Numbered from the stretch's first letter, positions 1-9,343 are shown. The stretch is DNA of 64,000 nt from Patescibacteria group bacterium (GCA_038058635.1 JBBUAP010000001.1:13606-77605); one strand, 5' to 3'. Notes: a model not told the origin generated them from the letters alone. Numbers and translations: made by a program.

Positions 1-9
1 GGCCAAGAC

Positions 10-354
10 TTGGGCGTCGACTATGTCGTGGTCTCGCGCTGCCACTGGTTGGTGCGATCTCCCTGGGTTGGACTGGGACCGAAGACGAAAGCACATGCGA
101 CGGTCGATTTGTGGATCATTGAAGTGCCGAAATCTGAGTTTGCGCTCAAAGCCGACCAGGTCAAGAGCGATTCCACGGAAAAAGCGCCTGACTGGAGACT
201 GGCCGTTGACCTATTTCTGGCGCCGATCTCCGCCTTCTCTGGCGGACCCAAGACGAACCACGAGATCAAGTCGGGCGTACTGTCGCTCGGCAAGGCCATC
301 CAGCCCTGGCTGGAGAAGATGCAAACCACAAGCAAGATTCGCATCGGCGGCTAG
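10..354 (+). CDS. hypothetical protein (3' part; the 5' end may lie outside the window)
   Basis: Open frame running to a stop at 354, with GC-rich codon usage. No recognisable motif. A long antisense ORF (21..344) also exists, so the strand is uncertain. Confidence 0.25.
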   Translation: MGVDYVVVSRCHWLVRSPWVGLGPKTKAHATVDLWIIEVPKSEFALKADQVKSDSTEKAPDWRLAVDLFLAPISAFSGGPKTNHEIKSGVLSLGKAIQPWLEKMQTTSKIRIGG

Positions 355-474
355 CGCCATCCCGAACCTAACGGTCGGGCTGAGACTCATCGAATGAGTT
401 TTAGTCCGGCCGCTTTTTTAGTTACAGTAGGTTTAGTAGTGAAGGTTCGAACTTTCACAACATGGAGGATTGTT

Positions 475-1728
475 ATGGAATCATTGTCTCGTCGAAGGTT
501 TTTGATCTTATCGATGGGCGCTGTTGGTGGATCGATCATCGGTTGCGGCGGCGGCGGTGCGGGTGGTTTTGGGGGCTTCCAGTCGCGGCAAGATCCGTTC
601 ACTGTGGCCGCTAACCAGGCCGTGAGTAAGATGTTCGGTGAGATTGGTGTCGAAATCGCTGCCGGGACATATCCCGATGGCGCTCAATTGATGCTGAAGC
701 AGTCTGGTCAGGCACTGCAAATGCCACCGACGACTAACTTCAAACTGGGCGCACCGGCGCTGGAGTTAAGCTCGAACGCCACAGCCACTAAAGACGTGGT
801 TGTGACGATTCCCGACGATGGTAAGCAATACATTGCCGGCATCGAAGTTGACGGCGAATGGTTGCCACTCCTGAAGATCAGGGCCAATGGCCGGATCAGA
901 TTTACCCTACCCGCCACTTTTGGTCGTTCGGCCGAAGACGGACCAGGACAAGTCTGGCGGTGGGTGATCGGCCTGGTCAAAGACAATCTGTCCGACACTG
1001 GGTATGCCATCAAACAACTGACTCCCGGTGCCCCTTTTGCTAGTTATAGCACGGTTTTGTGTGCTCACGGCATCTTGGACAACTGGCAGTCAATGAGGAA
1101 CTTCATCGGTCCGGCCCAAGCAAAATATGAAGCAAACGGTGTTTACTCGTTTGCCTTTCCCTGGAAAGCGGGCGCCAAAGCAGCTGGTATCGAACTTGCA
1201 GCACTACTGGCGCCGTACAGAAACCAACTCAAACGCATCACCATCATCGGCTACTCACAGGGAGTGCTAGCGGTTCGTTACGCTCTTGAGCGATTAGGGG
1301 CGTCGGCGTCGGTCAAGAACTGCATTTATCTCATGGGGCCAAATTTGGGAAGTATGCTGGCCAACCCGGTCGATTTCAGCTTCAACATCGGCAAGTTCTG
1401 GCTGAACGCCAATCTCAGCGGCTCGCTGTTTGATGTTGATATCAACGACCCGGCTATCAAGGAGTTTATGCCAGGAAACTCTTTCTTGCATGAACTCAAT
1501 TCTTCTCACGGCCTGCCACGCGCTGATGTCAACTACTTTCTCATGAATGGTGGAAAAGACTGGGTGGTTGACGCCAATAGTGGCCAAGCCATAGGCGTTC
1601 CGCTCGGAGAGTTGGTCAGTGGCACGGTCTGGCGAGGAACCGCTCCCGAAGCGAATCACTTCAATATCAAGTCTGATATGAATGTCATGTACAGAACCTT
1701 CGACTTATTGCCGTATTTCTCGCTGTAA
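475..1728 (+). CDS. secreted alpha/beta-hydrolase, lipase/esterase-like
   Basis: N-terminus MESLSRRRFLILSMGAVGGSIIGCGG carries a twin-arginine-like SRRRFL signal plus a lipobox-like IGC. GYSQG matches the GxSxG nucleophile elbow. Start chosen at the ATG at 475 inside ORF 394..1728. Confidence 0.55.
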   Translation: MESLSRRRFLILSMGAVGGSIIGCGGGGAGGFGGFQSRQDPFTVAANQAVSKMFGEIGVEIAAGTYPDGAQLMLKQSGQALQMPPTTNFKLGAPALELSSNATATKDVVVTIPDDGKQYIAGIEVDGEWLPLLKIRANGRIRFTLPATFGRSAEDGPGQVWRWVIGLVKDNLSDTGYAIKQLTPGAPFASYSTVLCAHGILDNWQSMRNFIGPAQAKYEANGVYSFAFPWKAGAKAAGIELAALLAPYRNQLKRITIIGYSQGVLAVRYALERLGASASVKNCIYLMGPNLGSMLANPVDFSFNIGKFWLNANLSGSLFDVDINDPAIKEFMPGNSFLHELNSSHGLPRADVNYFLMNGGKDWVVDANSGQAIGVPLGELVSGTVWRGTAPEANHFNIKSDMNVMYRTFDLLPYFSL

Positions 1729-1740
1729 CTCGACCCTCAA

Positions 1741-1784
1741 CGCCCAGCTCCAGTTTGAAGAACTGGGTCTGGGCGGTTTTCATA
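1741..1784 (+). terminator. hairpin plus T-run after the hydrolase gene
   Basis: cgcccag...ctgggcg inverted repeat followed by gttttcat, 13 nt after the stop at 1728. Confidence 0.45.
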
Positions 1785-1809
1785 TCTGTTATTAGGAAAT
1801 CTAGGTTCG

Positions 1810-1853
1810 AATAAATAAAATAAAGGGGAGAGGCGGTCTGGGTTGACCGCCTC
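1810..1853 (-). terminator. rho-independent terminator (minus strand)
   Basis: Perfect 9-bp stem gaggcggtc/gaccgcctc. On the minus strand it is followed by tccccTTTATTTTATTTATT. Confidence 0.45.
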
Positions 1854-2111
1854 TTCGGGTGCCTCGATCGAGGCAGAGTATGAGTGCCACTGGGCCGCTT
1901 CGAGTGAATCTAGGCGACGCCCAGCTATTTCAAGATCATCCCTCCCTAGGGATCGCAACCCTGTTGGGTTGCTTCAACCAGCTCATCAATGGGAGCTTTC
2001 ACCTTATTGGGTTTTCGAGGTCCATTCATCTTGTCGCGCCCTCCTGAAAGATTGGAGAGACCAGCATGATTACCTACTCCAAAAGGTTACTCCTCCGTCT
2101 TAAATGTTGTC

Positions 2112-2196
2112 AACCCCGCACTTAACAGCCCTTGTTCTTGCTTCGCAAGAACTAATTAAAACACGGCGGGTTTTAGAGGGCTGTTTAGTGCGGGGC
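2112..2196. repeat. 18-bp inverted repeat with a nested hairpin, just downstream of ileS
   Basis: Arms ccccgcacttaacagccc and gggctgtttagtgcgggg differ by one mismatch. They enclose a second hairpin, ttcttgc-ttc-gcaagaa. Confidence 0.5.
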
Positions 2197-2203
2197 GAGG
2201 CAC

Positions 2204-5041
2204 CTATTCAAATTTGTAGGCCAGTTCTTCGCTGTCGAGTTTGGTTAGGTCGGCCGAGTCAGCGATTGGTTCAATCGAGCGGAGCGAGACAGTTTTAGCA
2301 AGTTCGGTCGAATGTTTTTCGATTAAATTACGCAGTTCGTCGTCACGAGTGAAATAGTGGAAACTGGCCAGTTCGCCGACTTTTAGCCCGGCTTGTTTGC
2401 GCGCTTCTTGGAGCTTACGAGCTAACTCGCGGTAACGGCCTTCACTCTGAAGCTCCGGCGTCAGCTCAGTATTGATTCTGGTCTCTTGGCCAAATTCGAC
2501 GCTCTCGACATTCATCTCGTCTCGTAAAACCTCGATCAAATCTTCTCGATTGGCCAAGTCTTGCGAGCCACCAACAATCAAGCAAGATAGCGGTTGACGC
2601 AGCGGCATCTTGGCTTCGGCCCGTTGCATATGAGCGATTGAAGCCACTTCGCGGACAGTCCGCATTACTTCAATTGTTTCTTTCTCTTGATTCAAAACCG
2701 ATTCGTCGACTGTTGGGTAATCTTCCAGATGGACTGACTCTTTCGAGCCACCCAGCTGTTGGTAAAAATACTCACCGGTGAATGGCAAAGTCGGGGCAAA
2801 GGCAATCGCTGAACGAAGCAAAACGCGCCCTAAGGTCGCCAAAGCCGCCTCGTCACCCGCAACAAACCGATCTCGGGAGCGGCGAATATACCAAGTCGAG
2901 AGATCTTCAATAAAAGGCCGAATGGCTTTGGTCGACGCTTGAAAATCGAACTTGTCCAATCCTTCGGCATATTCTTGAATTGCCTCTTCCAGTCGGGCAA
3001 TAATCCACCGATCCAGGACAGTTGGCTCGGCTGTCGAATCTTTACTCCCAGAAAAGTTAGCCACGCCGGCGTAGGTCAAATAGTATTTTAAAGCGTTGTG
3101 CCAGACATTGAGCAAGCGCGATTGCTCGCGAATATCATCTTCACTAATAGCCAAGTCTTCGCCAGCCATAATCTTTGACCCCATAAAATAGAGCCGCAGT
3201 GATTCGGCGCCGAACTTTTCAATCGTCCCGCGCGGGTCGGGATAGTTGCCGTACGACTTGCTCATCTTGCGGCCGTCGTTACCCATCAATACCCCGTTCA
3301 CAGCAACATTCTTGAAGGCAATATTTCCTTTAAGGGCATTAGATAGAACATGAAGGTAGTAAAACCAACCTCGGAGCTGTCCCGTATATTCAATAATAAA
3401 ATCTGTTGGGAAATGCGTTTCAAACTCTTCTTTGTTTTCAAAAGGATAGTGATCTTGGCCGTACGGCATCGAACCAGATTCAAACCAACAATCCAAGACT
3501 TCTTTTACCCTTTGAGCTTTTTTTCCGTTAGGTAGCGTTAGTACAACTTCGTCTATTTTAGGACGATGCAAATCTGTAATTGTTTGGCCGCTCAATTTTT
3601 CTAATTCTGCGACTGACTCTGGTACGAAGATCTCTCCGTCTTCTGTCTCCCAAACGGGTAGTGGTGTTCCCCAGTAGCGGGTACGACTAATGGACCAATC
3701 AGGGGCGTTAGCAATGTTGTGAGCGAATCTCTTGTCACCGAAATGTTTAGGAATCCAATTAATTTTCTTATTGCTCTCCAAGAGCTCGCTTCGAAGCGGT
3801 TCGATCGACATGTACCAAGAAACTTGAGCTTTATAGATTAGCGGCGTCGAACAGCGATAGCAGTGAGGATAGGAGTGAGTGATGACTTCTTCTTTGAACA
3901 GCAATCCCCTTTTCAGAAGTTCGGCTGAAATCAAGGGGTTGGCTTTTTTGTAATACATCCCCGCCCACGGCGTCACTTCGGCCACAAAATGGCCAGCTTC
4001 ATCAACTGTTTCGTGCAGTGACAAGCCAACCTGTTCGCCAAGCTTGGTATCTTCTTCACCAAAGCCCGGGGCAATATGAACAATCCCCGTGCCTTCGTCC
4101 ATCGCCACGAAGTCGGCGGCATAGACCTGAAAATCGGTTTTGGAATTAGTCGGCAAGAAATTGTAAAGCGGCTCAAACTTTTGTCCAACCAGTTTCTGGC
4201 CTTTGAAGGTTTCGAGTACTTCGAAATCGCTTTCGGAGTAACGCGGCAGGGCTTCGTGGGCTAGAATATAAAACTTTTTACCGTCAGTAACTTTTACGTA
4301 TTCGGTCTTTTCGTCCACTGCCAAGCCTAAGTTAGCTGGTAACGTCCAGGGAGTTGTCGTCCAGGCAAGTAGATACGTGTCTTGGGAAGTCATCTTAAAA
4401 GCTATCGTTACGGCCGGATCCTCAACGTCCCGGTACGAATCATCGTCCATCGTCACCTCAAACTTACTTAGGGCCGTGGCACAACGGGGACAGTACAACG
4501 AGGTTCGACGACCGCGATATATCAAACCCTTGTCGTAAAGTTGTTTGAAAACCCAGATTACTGACTCCATAAATTCCAAAGAATCGGTTCGGTAGGCGCC
4601 TGTCATATCTGCCCAACGCCCGATGTGGTCGATATACCATTTCCAGGCATCAGATACCTCACCGACATAAGCCCTACAAGCTTCAATAAACTTATCGACT
4701 CCCAGCGCTTCGATGTCTTTTTTAACTTTTAACCCTAGTTGCTTCTCAACTTGGTTTTCGGCAGGTAAGCCATGGGTGTCCCAACCCCAAATACGCCGAA
4801 CGTATTTACCTTTCATCGTTTGGTAACGAGGAACAATGTCCTTAGCAATCGAAGGTAAGAGGGTTCCGTAGTGAGGAATACCCGTTATAAACGGCGGTCC
4901 ATCGTAAAACGAAAAAGTGTTTTCCTTTGGGTTCTTGTCTAGAGATTTCTGAAAAATCTTTTGGTCTTCCCAAAACTTTAAAACTTTCTCTTCAATATCA
5001 AAAAGAGATTTTGTTTCACCGGAAAGGTCGGGCTTAGTCAT
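2204..5041 (-). CDS. ileS: isoleucyl-tRNA synthetase, type 2 (eukaryote/archaeal-like)
   Basis: 945 aa. Class I aaRS with N-terminal YDGPPFITGIPHYG (HYGH-type motif typical of type 2 IleRS) and KMSKS as KMSKSYGN. Its ATG overlaps the hisS stop by 1 nt. Confidence 0.75.
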   Translation of the reverse strand: MTKPDLSGETKSLFDIEEKVLKFWEDQKIFQKSLDKNPKENTFSFYDGPPFITGIPHYGTLLPSIAKDIVPRYQTMKGKYVRRIWGWDTHGLPAENQVEKQLGLKVKKDIEALGVDKFIEACRAYVGEVSDAWKWYIDHIGRWADMTGAYRTDSLEFMESVIWVFKQLYDKGLIYRGRRTSLYCPRCATALSKFEVTMDDDSYRDVEDPAVTIAFKMTSQDTYLLAWTTTPWTLPANLGLAVDEKTEYVKVTDGKKFYILAHEALPRYSESDFEVLETFKGQKLVGQKFEPLYNFLPTNSKTDFQVYAADFVAMDEGTGIVHIAPGFGEEDTKLGEQVGLSLHETVDEAGHFVAEVTPWAGMYYKKANPLISAELLKRGLLFKEEVITHSYPHCYRCSTPLIYKAQVSWYMSIEPLRSELLESNKKINWIPKHFGDKRFAHNIANAPDWSISRTRYWGTPLPVWETEDGEIFVPESVAELEKLSGQTITDLHRPKIDEVVLTLPNGKKAQRVKEVLDCWFESGSMPYGQDHYPFENKEEFETHFPTDFIIEYTGQLRGWFYYLHVLSNALKGNIAFKNVAVNGVLMGNDGRKMSKSYGNYPDPRGTIEKFGAESLRLYFMGSKIMAGEDLAISEDDIREQSRLLNVWHNALKYYLTYAGVANFSGSKDSTAEPTVLDRWIIARLEEAIQEYAEGLDKFDFQASTKAIRPFIEDLSTWYIRRSRDRFVAGDEAALATLGRVLLRSAIAFAPTLPFTGEYFYQQLGGSKESVHLEDYPTVDESVLNQEKETIEVMRTVREVASIAHMQRAEAKMPLRQPLSCLIVGGSQDLANREDLIEVLRDEMNVESVEFGQETRINTELTPELQSEGRYRELARKLQEARKQAGLKVGELASFHYFTRDDELRNLIEKHSTELAKTVSLRSIEPIADSADLTKLDSEELAYKFE

Positions 5042-6261
5042 TATATCTCGTCTCGTTTGACCACTTCTTGTTTACCGGTTTCTAGATTCTTGACCTCAAC
5101 ACATCCCTGCTTCCAAGCTTCTTCCAACGGAATGATAATTGTTTTGTAGCCGCGCTTGTCGGCGTACTTAATCTGTTTACCGAGCTCGACGGCCGAGTCT
5201 AAGTAAACCTCGACTTTCTTCCCCTTCTCGCGTAATTCAGTTGCCCAGCGACGAGTTTCAATCTCGTTTTCCGGCAGGCAAACAATAAAGAACGCTTCAG
5301 GAGATTCAAGTCGCATGACCTCGCCGATGCGATCGACGCCAAACGAAATACCAACCGCCGGCAATTTCTGGCCGATCAAGCTCTCCACCAAACCGTCGTA
5401 GCGACCGCCGCCCATCAGTGTCCCGCCACCGTAGCTTTCTTCGACGCATTCAAAAATCGTGCCAGTGTAGTAGTCTAGTCCGCGAACCATCGCCAGATCA
5501 AACTTCATCTCCAGACCGATCGACTGACCGTATTTAACTAATTGTTTCAGCTCCGTCAGGGCTTCGAACTGGCCGAGTAGTCTTTCGATCTCGTCGAACG
5601 GCTCTTCTCGATCCAAAAATAGGCCGTTGACAGTCTTTTTCTGTGCTACCGTCAATCCCAGATCGCTGATTTCAGTGCCGAGTCGCTCGGGAGTGATTTT
5701 GTCTTTTTTGTCGAGCAGGCGCAGTAACGATTGGCGAGACTCTATTTTAATCTTTAGGTCTTCGAAAACCGCCTCAACTATTCGTCGGTCATTAATAACA
5801 CAGGTGATGTTCAATCCAAATTCTTTGGCGGCAGTATTTACAATTTCTAGTATTTCTTTCTCTCCCCCTCCCGATCCAACAACATCGATATCGGCTTGAG
5901 TGAATTGGCGAAATCGTCCGGCTTGAGGTTTTTCGGCCCGGAAAACCGGCCCAATCTCAAATCGTTTAAACGGCAACGCTAACTCTTGATAATTACCGGC
6001 GACAAATCTTGATAGCGGGACTGTCAGGTCGTAGCGAAGACCAACTTTTCGCTTACCGTTGTCCTCAAATAAATAAAGTAACTTCTGGGCTTCAGCACCG
6101 TAATTGCCGAGTAGGATCTCTTCTTTCTCGATGACTGGTGTTTCCAGCTCCTGGTAACCAAAACTTTGAAAGATCTTTTTTAGACAATCTAAAATCGCCG
6201 ACTTACTCGGCTCTAATTGATCGCGAAACCCCGATAACGGCAATAAATTGTCTCGATTCAT
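5041..6261 (-). CDS. hisS: histidyl-tRNA synthetase
   Basis: 406 aa. Class II motifs, GGRYDGL motif 3 region, HisRS-like anticodon-binding C-terminus. Confidence 0.85.
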   Translation of the reverse strand: MNRDNLLPLSGFRDQLEPSKSAILDCLKKIFQSFGYQELETPVIEKEEILLGNYGAEAQKLLYLFEDNGKRKVGLRYDLTVPLSRFVAGNYQELALPFKRFEIGPVFRAEKPQAGRFRQFTQADIDVVGSGGGEKEILEIVNTAAKEFGLNITCVINDRRIVEAVFEDLKIKIESRQSLLRLLDKKDKITPERLGTEISDLGLTVAQKKTVNGLFLDREEPFDEIERLLGQFEALTELKQLVKYGQSIGLEMKFDLAMVRGLDYYTGTIFECVEESYGGGTLMGGGRYDGLVESLIGQKLPAVGISFGVDRIGEVMRLESPEAFFIVCLPENEIETRRWATELREKGKKVEVYLDSAVELGKQIKYADKRGYKTIIIPLEEAWKQGCVEVKNLETGKQEVVKRDEI

Positions 6262-6288
6262 TACCGTATTCTACCCGACTGGACAGAA

Positions 6289-7179
6289 TTAACCAAAGTG
6301 ACTAACTGGAGTGATCGGTAAGTCCCGATCTTCAGGGTTGACGCTGACGAGGACGCAATTGTGTTTCTGCTGCCAAACGCGCAGAGCTTGATGTCGGGCG
6401 ATTAAATTCGCTCCGCCAACAACGGCGGCCTTATCCAAATCGGCTTCGGCAAACTTGGGTGGCAGAAGCGTTTCTAGCTCTTTGGCGTTCAAACCAAACT
6501 GCGTCTGGTGAGGAAACACTTGGCTGTAAAGGTGCGTCCCTACTCCGACGGGTAAAACCGTTAGGAAACGAGTTTGTTCGCGGCTAATCTTTTGGAGTAG
6601 GGCTAACTGGATTTGATCAACATTGGGTTCCAGGACGACTATTCCTTCGATCTGATGTTTGGCGCAGGTAGATTTGTTGCCGTGAAGAAAGCTAGACGCA
6701 ATTGCCAGAGCCAAGTAACCATGCTCGGCTGATTTTTGGGACAAGGCGCGGAATTTAGCAATTTTTTCGTCGTCAACCAAGTTTTCGATCTGTTCCAGCG
6801 GTCCGACTAGAACCGACTGCTTCTTAGTGCCGAGTGCTAGTAAAGACTGTTCGGCCAGCGGCCCAACTGACTGATGTTCGACCAAGATTCCCGTAGTGGC
6901 CTTCGACTTGAGCCGGATCGATCCAGCCGCCGAGACGATGATTTGTTCGAGCAGTGTCCCCCTAGAAAGATTGCTGCTGGCCAGCACTTTGAAGAGCCGG
7001 GCGAGCGGTTGATTGTTTGGTTCGAACCGCGCCACTTGCCAGCTTGTGACCAACCAGCCAAGAGGTTCAAGCACTGTTAGTGGCTGTTTAGTTACCTGGC
7101 GAGCGAGAATGGCCAAAACCAACAGAATCAAAACTACCAACAGCACTACCGGCATCAGCCAGAAAACAATTACCTCCAT
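6289..7179 (-). CDS. membrane-anchored hypothetical protein downstream of the sigma factor gene
   Basis: N-terminal TM helix (VIVFWLMPVVLLVVLILLVLAIL). No recognisable catalytic motif. Lies 55 nt downstream of the sigma-70 gene, so co-transcription is possible. Confidence 0.4.
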   Translation of the reverse strand: MEVIVFWLMPVVLLVVLILLVLAILARQVTKQPLTVLEPLGWLVTSWQVARFEPNNQPLARLFKVLASSNLSRGTLLEQIIVSAAGSIRLKSKATTGILVEHQSVGPLAEQSLLALGTKKQSVLVGPLEQIENLVDDEKIAKFRALSQKSAEHGYLALAIASSFLHGNKSTCAKHQIEGIVVLEPNVDQIQLALLQKISREQTRFLTVLPVGVGTHLYSQVFPHQTQFGLNAKELETLLPPKFAEADLDKAAVVGGANLIARHQALRVWQQKHNCVLVSVNPEDRDLPITPVSHFG

Positions 7180-7203
7180 TTGTTCAGTATATCCTGATCA
7201 TCT

Positions 7204-7234
7204 AAAAAAACTGTCACGATGTTGGTCGTGACAG
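7204..7234 (-). terminator. rho-independent terminator after the sigma factor gene
   Basis: 9-bp hairpin ctgtcacga/tcgtgacag abutting the stop codon. On the minus strand it is followed by TTTTTTT. Confidence 0.55.
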
Positions 7235-8089
7235 CTAGGGGGGTGCTATTCCCAATTGAATCGCCTGCTTCAGCATCAGTTCCAAACTGGCAATTTGGAT
7301 TTTACGAACCGTGCTTGGCGACAAACCAAGTTGCTTACCGATGCTAGTCAGCGACTGACCATCAACCAGATAGTATTGAGTTACTACCTGGCGCTGGATG
7401 TCGCTCAAACAGGGGAGAAGAGAGTCGATGATCTGCCTGTCAATATTGATTTCGAAGGCCAATTCAGCTCTCTGATCGGGCAGTAAATCGCCCAATCGAC
7501 AACTTCCCTTGCCGCTACTCGAGGTGACCTCACAGTCTAACGAAACTGGTCGTCGGTTGTCCTTAAGTAAGGACATAATTATCTCCGCTTCTCTCACGGA
7601 CGGCTTGGTCGGTACCCCATCAATCTTTCTCAACATTTCTCGGCGATTGATGATCAATTCAAGGGTGGGTTCAAGCCCTTCACGATCGCAGATTCGCTCC
7701 ATTCTTTTGAGGCCGTTAACCACATAGGTTGGTAGGCGAAGCCGACAATCAGACAAATCATCGCTCGTTTCGCGATTGATCGCCTGTCTAATCCAGTAGG
7801 TTGCATAAGTCGAGAATTTGTACTTCTTTTCAACCTTGAATTTATCAATGGCCTTATTGAGGCCTTTGATCCCCCGCTGAAACCTGTCTTCCAGCTCATT
7901 ATTTGTCCGCATTGCTCTAGCAATCTTCCGAACCAGCCGAACATTGTGGTCAATGAGTATTGCCCGCGCCGCCGCTGCGGCGTCAGGATCGCCTTTCTTT
8001 AATTGCTCGAATAAAAATCTCTCTTGCTCCCGTGTCAAAAGAGGCAAGTCGAATGAGGCCTTAAGGACCTCGAGTGAGTCTGAATTCAT
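7235..8089 (-). CDS. RNA polymerase sigma-70 family factor
   Basis: Region 2 motifs DHNVRLVRKIA and STYATYWIRQAI. Region 4 HTH LTSIGKQLGLSPSTVRKI. Confidence 0.8.
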   Translation of the reverse strand: MNSDSLEVLKASFDLPLLTREQERFLFEQLKKGDPDAAAAARAILIDHNVRLVRKIARAMRTNNELEDRFQRGIKGLNKAIDKFKVEKKYKFSTYATYWIRQAINRETSDDLSDCRLRLPTYVVNGLKRMERICDREGLEPTLELIINRREMLRKIDGVPTKPSVREAEIIMSLLKDNRRPVSLDCEVTSSSGKGSCRLGDLLPDQRAELAFEINIDRQIIDSLLPCLSDIQRQVVTQYYLVDGQSLTSIGKQLGLSPSTVRKIQIASLELMLKQAIQLGIAPP

Positions 8090-8235
8090 AACAAGGTCCT
8101 CCTAATTGTAGTGTGCGCCGTAGCGCCCTTCGAATACCTCAGGGTTTTTAGCCCTTCGACTCCTTTCAGTCGCTCAGGGTAGTTCGGGTCTCTTCGTCCT
8201 CTCAGTTTACACTGAGGGAGCGAAGCGACTCGAAG

Positions 8236-8275
8236 TGCGGTCCCAGGGGGATTCGAACCCCCGATCTTCAGAATG
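8236..8275 (-). repeat. duplicated 3' half of tRNA-Glu (exact 40-nt copy of 8378..8417)
   Basis: tgcggtcccagggggattcgaacccccgatcttcagaatg is identical to the 3' portion of the intact tRNA-Glu 140 nt away, covering the anticodon loop through the acceptor 3' strand. Confidence 0.8.
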
Positions 8276-8290
8276 TCGCAGCAATTTACA

Positions 8291-8322
8291 TGGCGGCGTG
8301 TACGGGAGTCGAACCCGTGATC
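8291..8322 (-). pseudogene. orphan tRNA 3' fragment (T-arm, acceptor 3' strand, CCA)
   Basis: Minus strand reads GATCACGGGTTCGACTCCCGTACACGCCGCCA. This is a T-stem/loop (ACGGG-TTCGACT-CCCGT), a 7-nt acceptor strand, discriminator G and CCA. No matching 5' acceptor strand (GGCGTGT) is found nearby. Confidence 0.5.
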
Positions 8323-8379
8323 TCCTGGATGTCGTGCCTGCGGCACTCGCTCTTCGCTGGCGTTCAGAGTGAGAACCTG

Positions 8380-8453
8380 CGGTCCCAGGGGGATTCGAAC
8401 CCCCGATCTTCAGAATGAGAATCTGATGTCCTAGGCCTCTAGACGATGGGACC
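8380..8453 (-). tRNA. tRNA-Glu (anticodon CUC)
   Basis: GGTCCCATCGTCTAGAGGCCTAGGACATCAGATTCTCATTCTGAAGATCGGGGGTTCGAATCCCCCTGGGACCG. The 7-bp acceptor is perfect. Anticodon loop TTCTCAT with U33 and A37. T-loop TTCGAAT. Confidence 0.85.
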
Positions 8454-8493
8454 AAAGTAAACTTGCTCTGATAGTTTAGCTCAAAAAGTCTTC

Positions 8494-8568
8494 TTAGTCG
8501 AGCAGTTCCCTGACTTTGGCGACGAGCTCCTTGGGGGTGACTTCGATTTAAAGAAAATATCCCTGAAC
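8494..8568 (-). pseudogene. decayed copy of the response-regulator gene 3' end
   Basis: About 80% identical to the 3' end of CDS 11277..11651. Minus-strand translation is VQGYFL*IEVTPKELVAKVRELLD*, with an internal stop, versus VQGYYLKTEITPKELVEKIEVLLTSS in the intact gene. Confidence 0.6.
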
Positions 8569-8590
8569 CTAATTTCAGCGACGTCAGGAA

Positions 8591-9280
8591 CTATAGGACA
8601 TTACTGTTAAGAACCCCCCACTTCTTAAAAGAGAAGAGCTTGGCTGGCCGATAGATACTATTCTTCTGCCTGCCGACTATCTCAACGATATCGAGCGCAA
8701 TAAACTTGCGACGGAAGTTCCGCTTGTCTAGCGGTCGAGCGAGAATGATTTCGTAGAGCTCTTGGAGTTGTGGGAGGGTAAATTGCCTGGGTAGCAAGCT
8801 CGAAATGATAGTGGTGTTTATCAATTTCGATTTCAAGCTTTCAGCTGCAACCTTGATCATGTCTTTGTGGTCAAAGGCTAACTCCGGCAAGGCGGAAACC
8901 GGAAACCACTGGCCGCTTTCTGTTGAATTTATATCAGTGGCTACAGCAGGGACCAGGGCCAGAAAGGCGACGGAAATCGCCCGGCTCCGTTTATCACGAT
9001 CGGGATCGCTGAAGGTGTGGAATTGTTCAATATGAACATCTTTGACCCCTACTTTTTCACTGAGATGGCGCCTGGCCGAGGCCTCAGCCGATTCGTCAGA
9101 ACGAATAACCCCACCTGGTACGCCATGTTGATGTCGGTAGTGCGGCGGCCGGTGAACCGGCATCAGAAAAACTTGGACTTTATTTTTGAGCACACTTAAA
9201 AGCACGACATCGACGGCGGCGATTGCCACCCTGAGTCGAGCTACAGTCTCAACGAAAGATTCTTTTGATTGTTTTGTCAT
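8591..9280 (-). CDS. NUDIX hydrolase family protein with a C-terminal winged-helix-like domain (NrtR-like architecture)
   Basis: Nudix-box-like GGVIRSDESAEASARRHLSEKVGV followed by about 90 aa of C-terminal domain. 229 aa. Confidence 0.55.
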   Translation of the reverse strand: MTKQSKESFVETVARLRVAIAAVDVVLLSVLKNKVQVFLMPVHRPPHYRHQHGVPGGVIRSDESAEASARRHLSEKVGVKDVHIEQFHTFSDPDRDKRSRAISVAFLALVPAVATDINSTESGQWFPVSALPELAFDHKDMIKVAAESLKSKLINTTIISSLLPRQFTLPQLQELYEIILARPLDKRNFRRKFIALDIVEIVGRQKNSIYRPAKLFSFKKWGVLNSNVL

Positions 9281-9343
9281 CGTTTAATTGAAATATATCA
9301 TTTATAAGAACAGGGGGGCTATTCGCCCCCCTAAGGTTTTCTA

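Noticed and set aside
8285-8380. Possibility that the orphan T-arm/acceptor/CCA fragment is the 3' end of a tmRNA or a permuted/split tRNA
   Set aside because: No complementary 5' acceptor strand (GGCGTGT) nearby. Position 70 is G, so there is no G3-U70 alanine identity pair. An intact tRNA-Glu sits only 50 nt upstream, leaving no room for a tmRNA body.
8086-8455. ORFs 8086..8346 and 8207..8455 on the minus strand
   Set aside because: They are translations of the tRNA-Glu gene and its duplicated half (the repeated KIGGSNPPGTA peptide), not proteins.
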